A stretch of 42,520 nucleotides of DNA from contig JBGPMG010000002.1 in NCBI GenBank assembly GCA_041486815.1, forward strand, positions 1 through 42,520, written 5' to 3'. A model generated the notes under the pieces. That model made no database searches. It was not told the origin of the DNA and was given only the letters and a program-made list of their open reading frames with translations. Positions 18,564 to 27,195 of the stretch are shown in pieces. This stretch comes from Candidatus Eiseniibacteriota bacterium. GTDB taxonomy: Bacteria; Eisenbacteria; RBG-16-71-46; SZUA-252. Positions within the stretch are counted from its first letter, which is position 1, and the number at the start of each line of letters is the position of its first letter. The position numbers and the translations under genes were made by a program.

Positions 18564-21346
18564 CGTACGATCACGAATCTGCCGACTTTCCGCCCCAGCT
18601 CGGTGTCGACGGAGTAGAGATAGATCCCGCTCACGATCTTCTGGCCGTTCCGCGAGATGAGATTCCACGGCATCGAGCCTTGCCCGGCCGTAACGGGATC
18701 CTTCCCGAACTGGAGATCCGCGGCGACCCTGCCGTCAAACGGGATGTCTTTCACCAAGTCCCCCGCCAAGGTGTAGATGTGAATGGTTCCCTTGGTCCGG
18801 GGAAGATTCATGAACGTCACCTTGGTGCCGGACGGATCCTCTTCCCGCGGGATCAGATCCCATTCAGCGTGCCCCTTGTAGGGATTCGGAACGACGAAGA
18901 CGTCCTTCTCGGTCGGCTTCGAAGCTCCCCTCGGGTAGACCACCTGCGAGTTCGTCGCGCTCGGATTTCCGCTCAAGACGATATCGGTCGCCGAGGTTTC
19001 GCCCGGTACGATCGACACCGGAACAATCGAGTAGAAATAGGCGAACCCGTTCAAGACCTTGTCGTCGACATAGCTGTACCGGCCGATCGCGAAGAGCGAG
19101 TCGGTCTCGATGTAAGTCGAATCGTTGAAGACCCGGCGGCCGACCGGGTCCCACCGGACCCTCACGTCGTGGTGCTCCACGAGCGGAGCGCTGGGATCGA
19201 TCAGCTCCCCGAGTGGCCGGGCAGGCGTCCCCTTGGGATTGATCCGCCATTCTCCCAAAAGCGTCCACAAATTTTGGGCCGGTGCGTTCGTGCCGAGCGG
19301 TCGATTCCATCCCGAGGCCTTGTAGATCCGATATCCCGCGAACTCCTTGAGATTTCCACGCTGCGCGTCCCGGATCTGCTCCGCGAAGTTGCTCCATTTC
19401 AGGGTGACTTTGTTGTCTCCCGGGAAAAACCATGCCGAAATGCGGGTCGAGTCGGCGTGGGTCTCGTAGATGGGTATGAAATCCCTGGGCTCGGAATTCC
19501 CGTTGTTTCCCTGGAAGAACGGCGATGGGAGCGGTGCTGCGGCGACCCAGTTCACGATCTGCTCGCGGCCCCCCTGGCCGGTGTTCACGTCGCAATCGAA
19601 ATCCACGTAGGTGCAATTCGTGTTGGAGACGACCACGTCCAACGTGTCGGCGGAGGCGCAGTGCGTCAAGGACGGAGAAACCTGATCGACGCAGACGAAC
19701 TTCCCAGCCTGCTGATTCTCGCACGGAGTGCCCGGATCCCACGCCGAGACGCCCTCATACCGCGGGTCGTTCGGGATCGAGCTGTGGAAGCGGACGCGGC
19801 AGATCGAGGACTCGGGAATCTGGTACGTGAACGCCCTCCCTCCGGAGATGTTCCGGAGGCAGGTTTCCTTGCCGCAGGTCCCGGTCCGCACGTTGTTGTC
19901 GAGGTCGGTATAAAGGCCGTCGAATACCTGCTGGGCGGAGATGGCGTCGCCGATCAGAGTTCCATTCACTTCATTGGGTCCGCCGCGTCCGATTCCCGCC
20001 ACCCAGGCCACAGAGACGGTGAGCGTGGAATCCGGGAGGATCTGCCGGAACGGGCCAGTCGCCATGATGAACCGGTAGTCGAGCGGCCGCCCCGACGTGT
20101 AGACGATGCTGTTCGTCGGATTGTTCGGGTTATACCGAGGGTCCGACATCAGCTGGTAGCGCTCGGCGTCGTTCCCCGGATCGCCACCCGCACCGAAGGA
20201 GGCCGAGCCGGAGAAGAACTTGAACGCGGTGATGCCGACCCGGGGGGGCGCCGTGGCGCCAGACGGGTCGGTCGTGTGGTTGAGGAACATGCAGCCGAAG
20301 TAGCCCGGAACGTCGCCGCCCTTGTTGTCCTGTGGACGGTTCGGGTTGTCGGGGTTGTCCCAGGCGTAGGCCATCTGGATCCGGCGACGGACCGCCTCCC
20401 CCGCGGGACCGATATACGAGACCGTCGAATCGAATAGGGCCGCCTCGTCGTCCGTGAAGTACCCGGTGACCGCGCGGTTGCCGACGTCCGGATCGGCGAA
20501 GATCGCGACGAACACGTTCCGAAGGGCGCGGCCGCTCTGGTTGGTGATTCGATAATCCATTCCGACGAAATCGCTCTGGCCCGGGGTCGACCACGCGTAG
20601 CTGGTCTGGCGAACCCGGATGCCGAGAGCGACGTGCTCCGGATTGATCTGCCGGATCGCCGGGAGGTCGTCCCGGTACTCGCAGGAGAACATCTGCTGGC
20701 CGATGGCCGAGTAGTCCTCGTCGCAGAGTCCGTCGCCGTCATCGTCGATCCCGTTCAGGAAGTCCTCGTCCACGAAACCGTCGTTGTCGTCGTCGGGGCT
20801 CAGGCTGGCCGAGATCACTCGGTTTCCGCCGGGGATGCCCTCGTAGGCCTCGCGCACGTCAGCGACCTGGTCGATCGGCACGGGCGCGCAGGGGTGGGCG
20901 GGATTCGTCTCAGGCGAAAACTCCACGTTGTAAGCGGCCGTGGTCACATGGGGGATTCCGCTCGCGTCGATCGCACCCACCCAAAGGCCTGCGGTGTACA
21001 GATAGTCGTTCCCAGAGCCGGGAGGATACTCGGCGGACGGGACCGTCGTTCGAGACGGGTTCGCGGCGTTCCCCGTTTGGCCGATGTTCGTGATCTGCAA
21101 ATGAAGCCGGCCGACGTTGTGCACGAACTTCCCGTCGAGCCGGAAGGTCTTGTTCATGTACTGCTTCATGATGCCGTCAGGGTCGCCATCCGGAGGCTGA
21201 TAGAAGGCCGAAACGCCACCCCAGAGAATCAGCGCCGACGCGAAGACGCCGGCGCGCCGCGCGGCGCGAATGACGCCTCGCGGCAGGCACGTCCGACCGT
21301 CTGAATCCTCTTTCTGCTCTTGGCGCAACGCGCGCGAGTAAGTCAT
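18560..21346 (-). CDS. Large secreted protein (928 aa) with an acidic DxDxDG-type calcium-binding segment and a T9SS-type (Por_Secre_tail/FlgD-Ig-like) C-terminal domain
   Basis: Signal-anchor-like N-terminus RAARRAGVFASALILWGGVSAF. PDDDNDGFVDEDFLNGIDDDGDGLCDED at nt 20714-20794. Cys-rich middle region. C-terminus VVPNPYKGHAEW..GTIHIYTLAGDLVKDI..WNLISRNGQKIVSGIYLYSVDTELGRKVGRFVIVR. The ATG lies 2 nt after the TBDR stop. I recognise no catalytic family. Confidence 0.7.
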   Translation of the reverse strand: MTYSRALRQEQKEDSDGRTCLPRGVIRAARRAGVFASALILWGGVSAFYQPPDGDPDGIMKQYMNKTFRLDGKFVHNVGRLHLQITNIGQTGNAANPSRTTVPSAEYPPGSGNDYLYTAGLWVGAIDASGIPHVTTAAYNVEFSPETNPAHPCAPVPIDQVADVREAYEGIPGGNRVISASLSPDDDNDGFVDEDFLNGIDDDGDGLCDEDYSAIGQQMFSCEYRDDLPAIRQINPEHVALGIRVRQTSYAWSTPGQSDFVGMDYRITNQSGRALRNVFVAIFADPDVGNRAVTGYFTDDEAALFDSTVSYIGPAGEAVRRRIQMAYAWDNPDNPNRPQDNKGGDVPGYFGCMFLNHTTDPSGATAPPRVGITAFKFFSGSASFGAGGDPGNDAERYQLMSDPRYNPNNPTNSIVYTSGRPLDYRFIMATGPFRQILPDSTLTVSVAWVAGIGRGGPNEVNGTLIGDAISAQQVFDGLYTDLDNNVRTGTCGKETCLRNISGGRAFTYQIPESSICRVRFHSSIPNDPRYEGVSAWDPGTPCENQQAGKFVCVDQVSPSLTHCASADTLDVVVSNTNCTYVDFDCDVNTGQGGREQIVNWVAAAPLPSPFFQGNNGNSEPRDFIPIYETHADSTRISAWFFPGDNKVTLKWSNFAEQIRDAQRGNLKEFAGYRIYKASGWNRPLGTNAPAQNLWTLLGEWRINPKGTPARPLGELIDPSAPLVEHHDVRVRWDPVGRRVFNDSTYIETDSLFAIGRYSYVDDKVLNGFAYFYSIVPVSIVPGETSATDIVLSGNPSATNSQVVYPRGASKPTEKDVFVVPNPYKGHAEWDLIPREEDPSGTKVTFMNLPRTKGTIHIYTLAGDLVKDIPFDGRVAADLQFGKDPVTAGQGSMPWNLISRNGQKIVSGIYLYSVDTELGRKVGRFVIVR

Positions 21347-21348
21347 CG

Positions 21349-24099
21349 TCAGAATTGAACCCCCACCCCAACCCGGATCACGCGCCCCTGTTGAAAGACG
21401 CGCGGATCATTGACCGTGAACCAGTCGTCTTGACCGTCCCCGTTCAGATCCTGGGTCAGGAAAGCTCCACCGGCTCGGCCAGTTTCCGTGTAGTACACGA
21501 TGTACGAATGCGAGTTGACTTGGTTGTCCGGCCAGAGGCTCGGCTGCAGGTCGGTGATGTTTTTCGCGTCGAGCAGATTGGAGCCCTGGACATAGAACGT
21601 CACGTTCTGGCCCCAGACGCGGAAGAACCGTTCTCCCTGGACCGAAAGGGTGGAGGTTGAGGGGAGCCTGCTCGCGTTTACCGTCGTGGGATCGGTCCGG
21701 CGCTGCGTACGCTGTTCCTTTGTGTACGGGAAGCCGGTGCCGAACTGGTAGACAAAGCTGGTAGCCCAGTCCTTCTCGTTCCCTAGCCGGAGAGTCGCCG
21801 AGATGCTGTGCCGCTGATCCCAATCGAGAGGCTGTTCGGACGTCGGCTTGAACTGATCTCGAAGATTGCCGGAGCTCGTGAGCGCGCGGTTCGGATCGGA
21901 CGCGGTCCCGGTCGCGTTGCCGAAGGTGTAGTTGAACTCGCCGGAGAAGCCGTGGCTGTGCCTCTTGATCACCGTGACCTCGATGCCGCGCGAGGAGGCG
22001 TAGTCCCCGTTGACGCGCGTGGGCACCGTGATCGCAAACCCGGGAACCTCCTGATCCACCGTCGTGAGAAGGCCGAAGATGTCTTTGAAATAGACGCCGA
22101 ACTGCCCGTAGATCTCCTTGCTGAACAGGTGCTGCACTCCGAGCTGGTAGGAGATCGTCGTCTGGGGCTCGAGGTTGGGGTTGCCGCGGGCCTCGGCGGA
22201 AATATTCCGCCCCTGGTAGAGATAGAGCCGATCCGGCACCTGGAAGAGACGGCCATAGTGGAAGCTCATGACGTCTCGATCCGAGATCGGATAGGCGATC
22301 CCGATGCGGGGGCTCACCTGAGTCTTCACCTTCTTGGCGACCAGGGCCGAGGAGATCTGGTTCCCGACCGAGAAGTTGTCGTAGCGGACACCCGCGTTGA
22401 GGACCATCCCCTCGTACTCCCAGCGATCCTGCGCGAAGAACGATCCCTCGGGGTTGAAGTTCCGGAACTCATCACGGGTCGCGCCGTAGTCGCCGTTCGC
22501 GTCCAGGATGTTCGGGAACTGCGTTAGGAGGAACGACAGGTTGTTGTAGTTGATGTCGCCGCCGAGCATGATGTTGTGCGGATGCCCACCTTCCTCGATG
22601 GACTTGCCGACTTTCCGCGAGTAGTCGCCGTTCAGGGTGTACGTGACCGTGTTGCGGCGTTCATAGAACGGATAGTCGCCGTTGGTCACGTAGTAGGCGC
22701 CGTCGATCCGGTTCTGCGGGTCGTAATACTGATTCGGGTTCTGCTCGTACTCCCAAAGCTGGCGGTTAAGCACGCTCTCGAGGGACTGCCACTGTTGCCG
22801 TGACGCCCGGACGTTGTAGATCTGGCCGTTCTGGGATCCCAGCACGTGCTTCCAGGTCAGGGCGACCTGCTGGTAGCTCGCGTCGATCACGGGAAGATGA
22901 TCCGCCGTGTTCATCGGAATGTAGCTGGAGTCGACCGGATAGTACGACCACCGACCGTACCGCCGCGTGATCGTGCCGTCACTCGGGGCCGTGCTGTCCT
23001 GAATCACCTGTACGAAGCCCTTCCGATTCCACCGGTTCTGGTACTTGCCGTCGACCGAATTGTTCTGGATGAACTCCAGATTCAGCTTCTCATTGGGCGT
23101 GACCTTGTACGTGAGCTTGCTGGATAGGTTCGATCCGTTCGCCTGCCGGAGCCCCGTCCGGATGAAATCCAGGAATCGGTGCTCGTTGTGTTGCGAGGTG
23201 TTCCGGAGATACGTGTCGGTGTAGGTTCCCTCGTAGGAGACGTAGTAGTTCGTCCTGGAGAACAGGAACGGGCCGCCGATGCCCACGCTCAATCGCTCGA
23301 AGTTGTTGAACTCCTTGTCGTGCTCACCGTACCGATCGGTGAAGTAGCGGGCCTCCCCCGCGAACTTATCGCCGCCCTCCCGCGTGGTCAGGTTGATCAC
23401 CCCGGAGAGGGCGTTTCCGTACTGGGCGTCGAGCCCTCCCAGGACCTGCTCGCTCGAGGAGACCGCCAGGAGACCCAGCTCCACGCCCTCGGCCCGGAGC
23501 GGGTTTCGGCTTGCGATCCCGTTGACGACCGTGAGGACCTCGTCCGCGCGCCCACCTCGGAAATGAAGCTCGCCATTCTGGCTGATGACGCCCGCCTTGA
23601 GCCCGATCGCGTCCCTGTAGCTGTCGACAGGAAGAGAATGGAGATCCTCGCTCGTGACGATCTGGCGGGTAGAGCTGTCCTTCTTTCGGATCGCGATCTT
23701 CAGGTTGCCTGTGACGTCAAACGTCTTCAGCTGGATCGCCTTCTCGGTCAGCTTGAAATCGAGTGAGGTCGTCTTGTTCGCGTCGATGCGAACTGCGGGC
23801 CGCTCTTGTTTCGCGAAGCCGACCATGCTCACGCGCACGGTGTAGACGCCGACAGGGACCTTGATGATGGTGAAAACGCCTTGAGCATTTGTCTGGCCGC
23901 CGCTCGAAGCGCCCAGCACCGTCACGTTCGCGTACTGCTGCGGGATGCCCGCGTCGTCCGTCACCTTTCCGGTAATCGTTCCGGTTTGGGCGAAAGCGGC
24001 GCCGGCGGAGAGAATCAATAGCAAGGAGAGGAAACCGAAGGCGAGTGACGGCGGAGTTACGTCGGGGGAGCCGCCGCGTCGCGACGCGTAATTCGGCAT
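21349..24099 (-). CDS. TonB-dependent receptor-like outer-membrane barrel with an N-terminal carboxypeptidase-regulatory-like domain (SusC/RagA-like architecture)
   Basis: GTITGKVTDDAGIPQQYANVTVLG..GVYTVRVSMVGFA is the CarboxypepD_reg fold. SEDLHSLPVDSYRDAIGLKAGV..LHFRGGRADEVLTVVNG..LDAQYGNALSGVINLTTREG is the plug domain. A ~700-aa barrel follows, ending in VGVGVQF. I place the start at ATG 24099 (AAGGAG at 24116-24111, then signal peptide ..LSLLLILSAGAAFAQ); the track ORF extends to 24174. Confidence 0.85.
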   Translation of the reverse strand: MPNYASRRGGSPDVTPPSLAFGFLSLLLILSAGAAFAQTGTITGKVTDDAGIPQQYANVTVLGASSGGQTNAQGVFTIIKVPVGVYTVRVSMVGFAKQERPAVRIDANKTTSLDFKLTEKAIQLKTFDVTGNLKIAIRKKDSSTRQIVTSEDLHSLPVDSYRDAIGLKAGVISQNGELHFRGGRADEVLTVVNGIASRNPLRAEGVELGLLAVSSSEQVLGGLDAQYGNALSGVINLTTREGGDKFAGEARYFTDRYGEHDKEFNNFERLSVGIGGPFLFSRTNYYVSYEGTYTDTYLRNTSQHNEHRFLDFIRTGLRQANGSNLSSKLTYKVTPNEKLNLEFIQNNSVDGKYQNRWNRKGFVQVIQDSTAPSDGTITRRYGRWSYYPVDSSYIPMNTADHLPVIDASYQQVALTWKHVLGSQNGQIYNVRASRQQWQSLESVLNRQLWEYEQNPNQYYDPQNRIDGAYYVTNGDYPFYERRNTVTYTLNGDYSRKVGKSIEEGGHPHNIMLGGDINYNNLSFLLTQFPNILDANGDYGATRDEFRNFNPEGSFFAQDRWEYEGMVLNAGVRYDNFSVGNQISSALVAKKVKTQVSPRIGIAYPISDRDVMSFHYGRLFQVPDRLYLYQGRNISAEARGNPNLEPQTTISYQLGVQHLFSKEIYGQFGVYFKDIFGLLTTVDQEVPGFAITVPTRVNGDYASSRGIEVTVIKRHSHGFSGEFNYTFGNATGTASDPNRALTSSGNLRDQFKPTSEQPLDWDQRHSISATLRLGNEKDWATSFVYQFGTGFPYTKEQRTQRRTDPTTVNASRLPSTSTLSVQGERFFRVWGQNVTFYVQGSNLLDAKNITDLQPSLWPDNQVNSHSYIVYYTETGRAGGAFLTQDLNGDGQDDWFTVNDPRVFQQGRVIRVGVGVQF

Positions 24100-24198
24100 G
24101 GCGTGGAGCGCTCCTTTCGTCGGTCGGGCCATCACGCTGGGGTGATCACTTTTATGCCGCTTTCGGCCGGTCAAGTCAATCCAATTCGTTGCGACACG

Positions 24199-24261
24199 CT
24201 TGCTTGGGTCCGCCGCGCTGCGACCCCGCAGCGTGGCAAAATGGCCTTACACCCAAGCAAG
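24199..24261 (-). promoter_or_regulatory. Nested inverted repeats in the leader upstream of the TBDR gene (structured RNA or operator of unknown function)
   Basis: A perfect 11-bp outer stem, cttgcttgggt (24199-24209) paired with acccaagcaag (24251-24261), encloses a ~10-bp GC hairpin, ccgcgctgcg-accc-cgcagcgtgg (24213-24236). On the minus strand a TACAAT hexamer (24267-24262) sits immediately upstream of the outer stem. Confidence 0.4.
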
Positions 24262-24388
24262 ATTGTAGCATCGGCGGGGGGTCTAGAACTGTGTTCTGGG
24301 GGGGGCTCGTGAAACCTGCGTGGATCAAGTACTTACTGCCTCTGTGGTAGAAGTATATCCAGTTCCTCCGATTCGGCAAGGCCTTTTT

Positions 24389-25735
24389 TCAGAATTCGGT
24401 AACGCTGGACATGTGAAAATTCCGGACCCGAATCCCTGGGCAGACCACCCCCCCGGCCAACTCGGGGGCCGACATCGCTTCGACCTCGTTCAGCATCTGC
24501 ACCACGCTCTGGTTAAATCGGAAGTTACGGGCCGCCCGCGTGATCTTGCCCTTCTCGATAGCGAACAGGCCGTCCCGCGTCATTCCCGTGAGCGTCGCGG
24601 TCTTCGGGTCGACGACGTTCGTGTACCAGACACGGGTGACCCAAAGCCCTCGGTCGATCCCGTCGAGAAGCGCCTCCGCTGGCCCGCTTCCGCCCTCCAG
24701 CACCAAGTGCCGGGCCAAGGGACCGATCGTGTTGGGGACCGGGAGCCCGTGCCCGGTCGATTCGCGCCCCTCCTTGGCCGCGGTCTGCCGGTCGTAGACC
24801 GGCGTCTTGGCCACTCCCCGCTCGATGATCGTTGTCGGCTGCGTTGGAATGCCCTCGGCGTCGAAGGGGCACCCACGGTGGAGCGGGTGATAAGGATCGT
24901 CCCGGAGGGTGATCGTCTCCCCGGCGACACGCTGGCCGATCCGCCCGGAGAGGAAGCTTCGCCCCTCCTGTACGGGCAGCGCGCCGAACGAAAGCCAGGA
25001 CGTGTCGGTCAGTAGATCCGCCACCGCGGCCGGCTCGAGCACGACGGTATACCGTCCGGGCTCCCACGAGACCGGATCACGGGAGCGAATGGCCTTCTCG
25101 ACCGCACGCGCCGCCAGCGCGTCTCCGTCGATCTCGGAGGCCCTGTAGCTCTCCTTCGCCGCCCACCCCGAGGCCGCGCCGTCAAAGGCGGAGATTCGAA
25201 ACGCCGCGTCGGTCCCCAGATGGTAGGCGAAGAGTCCACGGCTGTTCGCGATCGCGAGCGGCCCCAATTCCCCGTACTCGCCGATCGTCCCCCGCCCCGT
25301 CTCATAGATACCCGCGGCGGTCACGCCGGCCTTCATGCAGCGGTCGACGGCGCGGGCGACCTCGCGCGCGCGCTCATCGGGACCGAGTCGCGCCGTGGCC
25401 TGATCGTCCGCGTCGACCGTGCGGTACGACTGGGGACCCGGCAGCGGAAGGAGATCGGGAATTTCGGGTTGGAGCCGCGCCGCCTTCGCGGCCGCCTCGG
25501 CCAACCGCTCCGCTCCGGCCTGGCTCAGGTCGTTCCCGCTGGCCCGGCCGGTCCGCTTTCCCAGGACGACGCGAATGGAGAGCACGTACCGGCGCTCCGA
25601 GACGTTCTGGGTCACCTCGTTGTTCGCGAACCGCGTCAGGTGGCTCGTGCCTCCCCCTAGGACCGCCTCGCCCTCACCCTCCTTCACGGCGCGCAGCGCC
25701 CGTTCGAGGATCGCGCGCGCCTCGTCCCTAGTCAT
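24389..25735 (-). CDS. pmbA: PmbA/TldE-family metallopeptidase component
   Basis: 448 aa. Family-typical N-terminus (..SHLTRFANNEVTQNVSE..) and C-terminal ..GLWVTRVWYTNVVDPKTATLTGMTRDGLFAIEKGKI. No HExxxH motif, as expected for the non-catalytic partner. The ATG overlaps the tldD end by 8 nt. Confidence 0.85.
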   Translation of the reverse strand: MTRDEARAILERALRAVKEGEGEAVLGGGTSHLTRFANNEVTQNVSERRYVLSIRVVLGKRTGRASGNDLSQAGAERLAEAAAKAARLQPEIPDLLPLPGPQSYRTVDADDQATARLGPDERAREVARAVDRCMKAGVTAAGIYETGRGTIGEYGELGPLAIANSRGLFAYHLGTDAAFRISAFDGAASGWAAKESYRASEIDGDALAARAVEKAIRSRDPVSWEPGRYTVVLEPAAVADLLTDTSWLSFGALPVQEGRSFLSGRIGQRVAGETITLRDDPYHPLHRGCPFDAEGIPTQPTTIIERGVAKTPVYDRQTAAKEGRESTGHGLPVPNTIGPLARHLVLEGGSGPAEALLDGIDRGLWVTRVWYTNVVDPKTATLTGMTRDGLFAIEKGKITRAARNFRFNQSVVQMLNEVEAMSAPELAGGVVCPGIRVRNFHMSSVTEF

Positions 25736-27176
25736 CGTAGCCCACCCCGACCCGAACCCCTCGGAACCGGGCGGGGGCGGCCCCGTGCGTCATCTCCGCG
25801 ACCTGGCCCGGTTGCCCCTTACCGCAGTTCGTCACGCCCCACGGGGCCCACGCCTCGGGACCGCAGATGAAATCACAGGAATTCCAGAATCGGGTGGTGA
25901 TCCCTTGGTACGTCGGGTTGCGGAGCATCCGGACGCGCCGGCCCTTCTGGATCTCCCACGCGATCTCCGTCTTGAACTGGAAGTTGTATCGAAGCTGGTC
26001 GATGCTCCAGCTCCGATTCGTTTCCATGTAGATTCCGCGATCCGTATCCGCGAGCAAGTCATCGAGCGATCCTTCGCCCGGCATCAGGCTGAGGTTGACC
26101 ATGCGGATCATCGGGATGTGGTGCCATCCGTCGGATCGAACGCATCCGCGGCTTCGCGGGTCGCCCACACGATGCGCCAGCTCGCGGGAGGTCAAGTAGC
26201 CCGAGAAGATTCCATCCTTCACGATGTGCCACCGTTGCGCCTCGACACCCTCATCGTCGAACGCGAACGTCGAGAGCCCATGAGGGAGTGTGGCATCGGC
26301 GACGAGGTTCACCCGCGGGGATCCGAACTGGAGCGTTCCGAGACGATCGAGCGTGAGGAAGCTGGTCCCGGCGTAGTTGGCCTCCATGCCGAGCACCCGG
26401 TCGAGCTCCGAGGGATGCCCCACCGACTCGTGGATTTGGAGCGCCAGCTGGGAGCCTTCGAGGATGATGTCGAACTCCCCGGCCGGGCAGGGGTCGGCCG
26501 TCAGCAAAGCCACCGCCTCCTCCCCCACTCGAGCCGCGTTCTCCACCCAGGGGACGGATTCGATGAACTCATAGCCGAGGGTCTGATGGTGCCCCTCGCT
26601 CTGTGGAAAGCTTCGCCGCTGGACCTCGTGATCCGAGACGGCGGTGGCGCTGTAGCCGCCCCCCGACCGGGTGACCGTCTGATCGATCTCGGCGCCCTCG
26701 GAGCTGAGGAACAACTGGCGTCTGCGGACGAAGGCCAGGAAGCCCTCCGTGATCGAGACTCCCTTGACCCCGCGAAGCGTCTGGTCCACGCGGAAGAGGA
26801 GATCCAGCTTTCGTTCCAGCGGGACCGTGAAGGGATCCACGGCGCAGCTCGACTTCCAGACGACCCGCCGCGGCGGCTCCGGAGAGAGGACCACGGGCTC
26901 GCGACGAACCGTGGCGCTCGCCCGCGCCAGCGCGACAGCGGAGGCGGCGCAGGCATCCACACCTTCCCGCGTGAGCACGTCGGTGCCGGCATAGCCCCAG
27001 GCGCCCTGGCGGAGGACGCGAACGCCGATCCCGCGCGTTTCCGACCGGTCGACGCCGCCGACCTGCCCGTCCTTTACCTGTATGTCTTCACGGTCGGATT
27101 CCAGGAACCGGACATCCGCGAAATCGGCGCCTCGGGCGACCGCGGTGTCGAGGGCGAGCTGGGCTAAGTCCTTCAT
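25728..27176 (-). CDS. tldD: TldD-family zinc metallopeptidase
   Basis: 482 aa. ADFADVRF, GIGVRVLRQGAWGYAGT, the metal-binding HESVGHPSELDR and GIYMETNRSWSIDQLRYNFQF are seen. Confidence 0.88.
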   Translation of the reverse strand: MKDLAQLALDTAVARGADFADVRFLESDREDIQVKDGQVGGVDRSETRGIGVRVLRQGAWGYAGTDVLTREGVDACAASAVALARASATVRREPVVLSPEPPRRVVWKSSCAVDPFTVPLERKLDLLFRVDQTLRGVKGVSITEGFLAFVRRRQLFLSSEGAEIDQTVTRSGGGYSATAVSDHEVQRRSFPQSEGHHQTLGYEFIESVPWVENAARVGEEAVALLTADPCPAGEFDIILEGSQLALQIHESVGHPSELDRVLGMEANYAGTSFLTLDRLGTLQFGSPRVNLVADATLPHGLSTFAFDDEGVEAQRWHIVKDGIFSGYLTSRELAHRVGDPRSRGCVRSDGWHHIPMIRMVNLSLMPGEGSLDDLLADTDRGIYMETNRSWSIDQLRYNFQFKTEIAWEIQKGRRVRMLRNPTYQGITTRFWNSCDFICGPEAWAPWGVTNCGKGQPGQVAEMTHGAAPARFRGVRVGVGYDD

Positions 27177-27195
27177 CGCGGAAGGGCCCCGCGAT

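Noticed and set aside
18564-18668. 35-codon N-terminal extension of the PorV ORF
   Set aside because: It would overlap the upstream gene by 109 nt and put a charged, non-signal sequence in front of the signal peptide. ATG 18563 forms an ATGA overlap with the upstream stop and yields a normal signal peptide.
18467-20437. Plus-strand 656-aa ORF. Similar long antisense ORFs lie at 25419-27167, 27394-28854, 30183-31850, 32569-34200, 35021-36988, 38285-40435, 4117-5361(-) and 6758-7669(-).
   Set aside because: Each lies opposite a frame with strong family signatures or coherent secreted-protein features. All have the Arg/Gly/Pro/Asp-dominated composition of antisense GC-rich frames and lack plausible ribosome-binding sites. 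None is treated as a gene.
18560-21346. Calling the 928-aa protein PorU (T9SS sortase) on the basis of its position upstream of porV
   Set aside because: The position and CTD fit, but I could not see gingipain/C25-like His and Cys catalytic motifs by eye, and the protein is shorter than known PorU. It is left as a hypothesis in the findings rather than as an annotation.
24100-24388. Cobalamin or other known riboswitch in front of the TonB-dependent receptor; also the 67-aa minus-strand ORF 24176-24379
   Set aside because: I found no B12-box-like element or other riboswitch core that I can recognise. The small ORF runs straight through the nested hairpins, has no ribosome-binding site and has odd composition. 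It is reported only as an unclassified structured leader.
24389-27176. TldD/PmbA pair as part of a RiPP or microcin-maturation locus
   Set aside because: I found no candidate precursor-peptide ORF, cyclodehydratase, ABC exporter or immunity gene nearby. TldD/PmbA pairs are widespread housekeeping peptidases.
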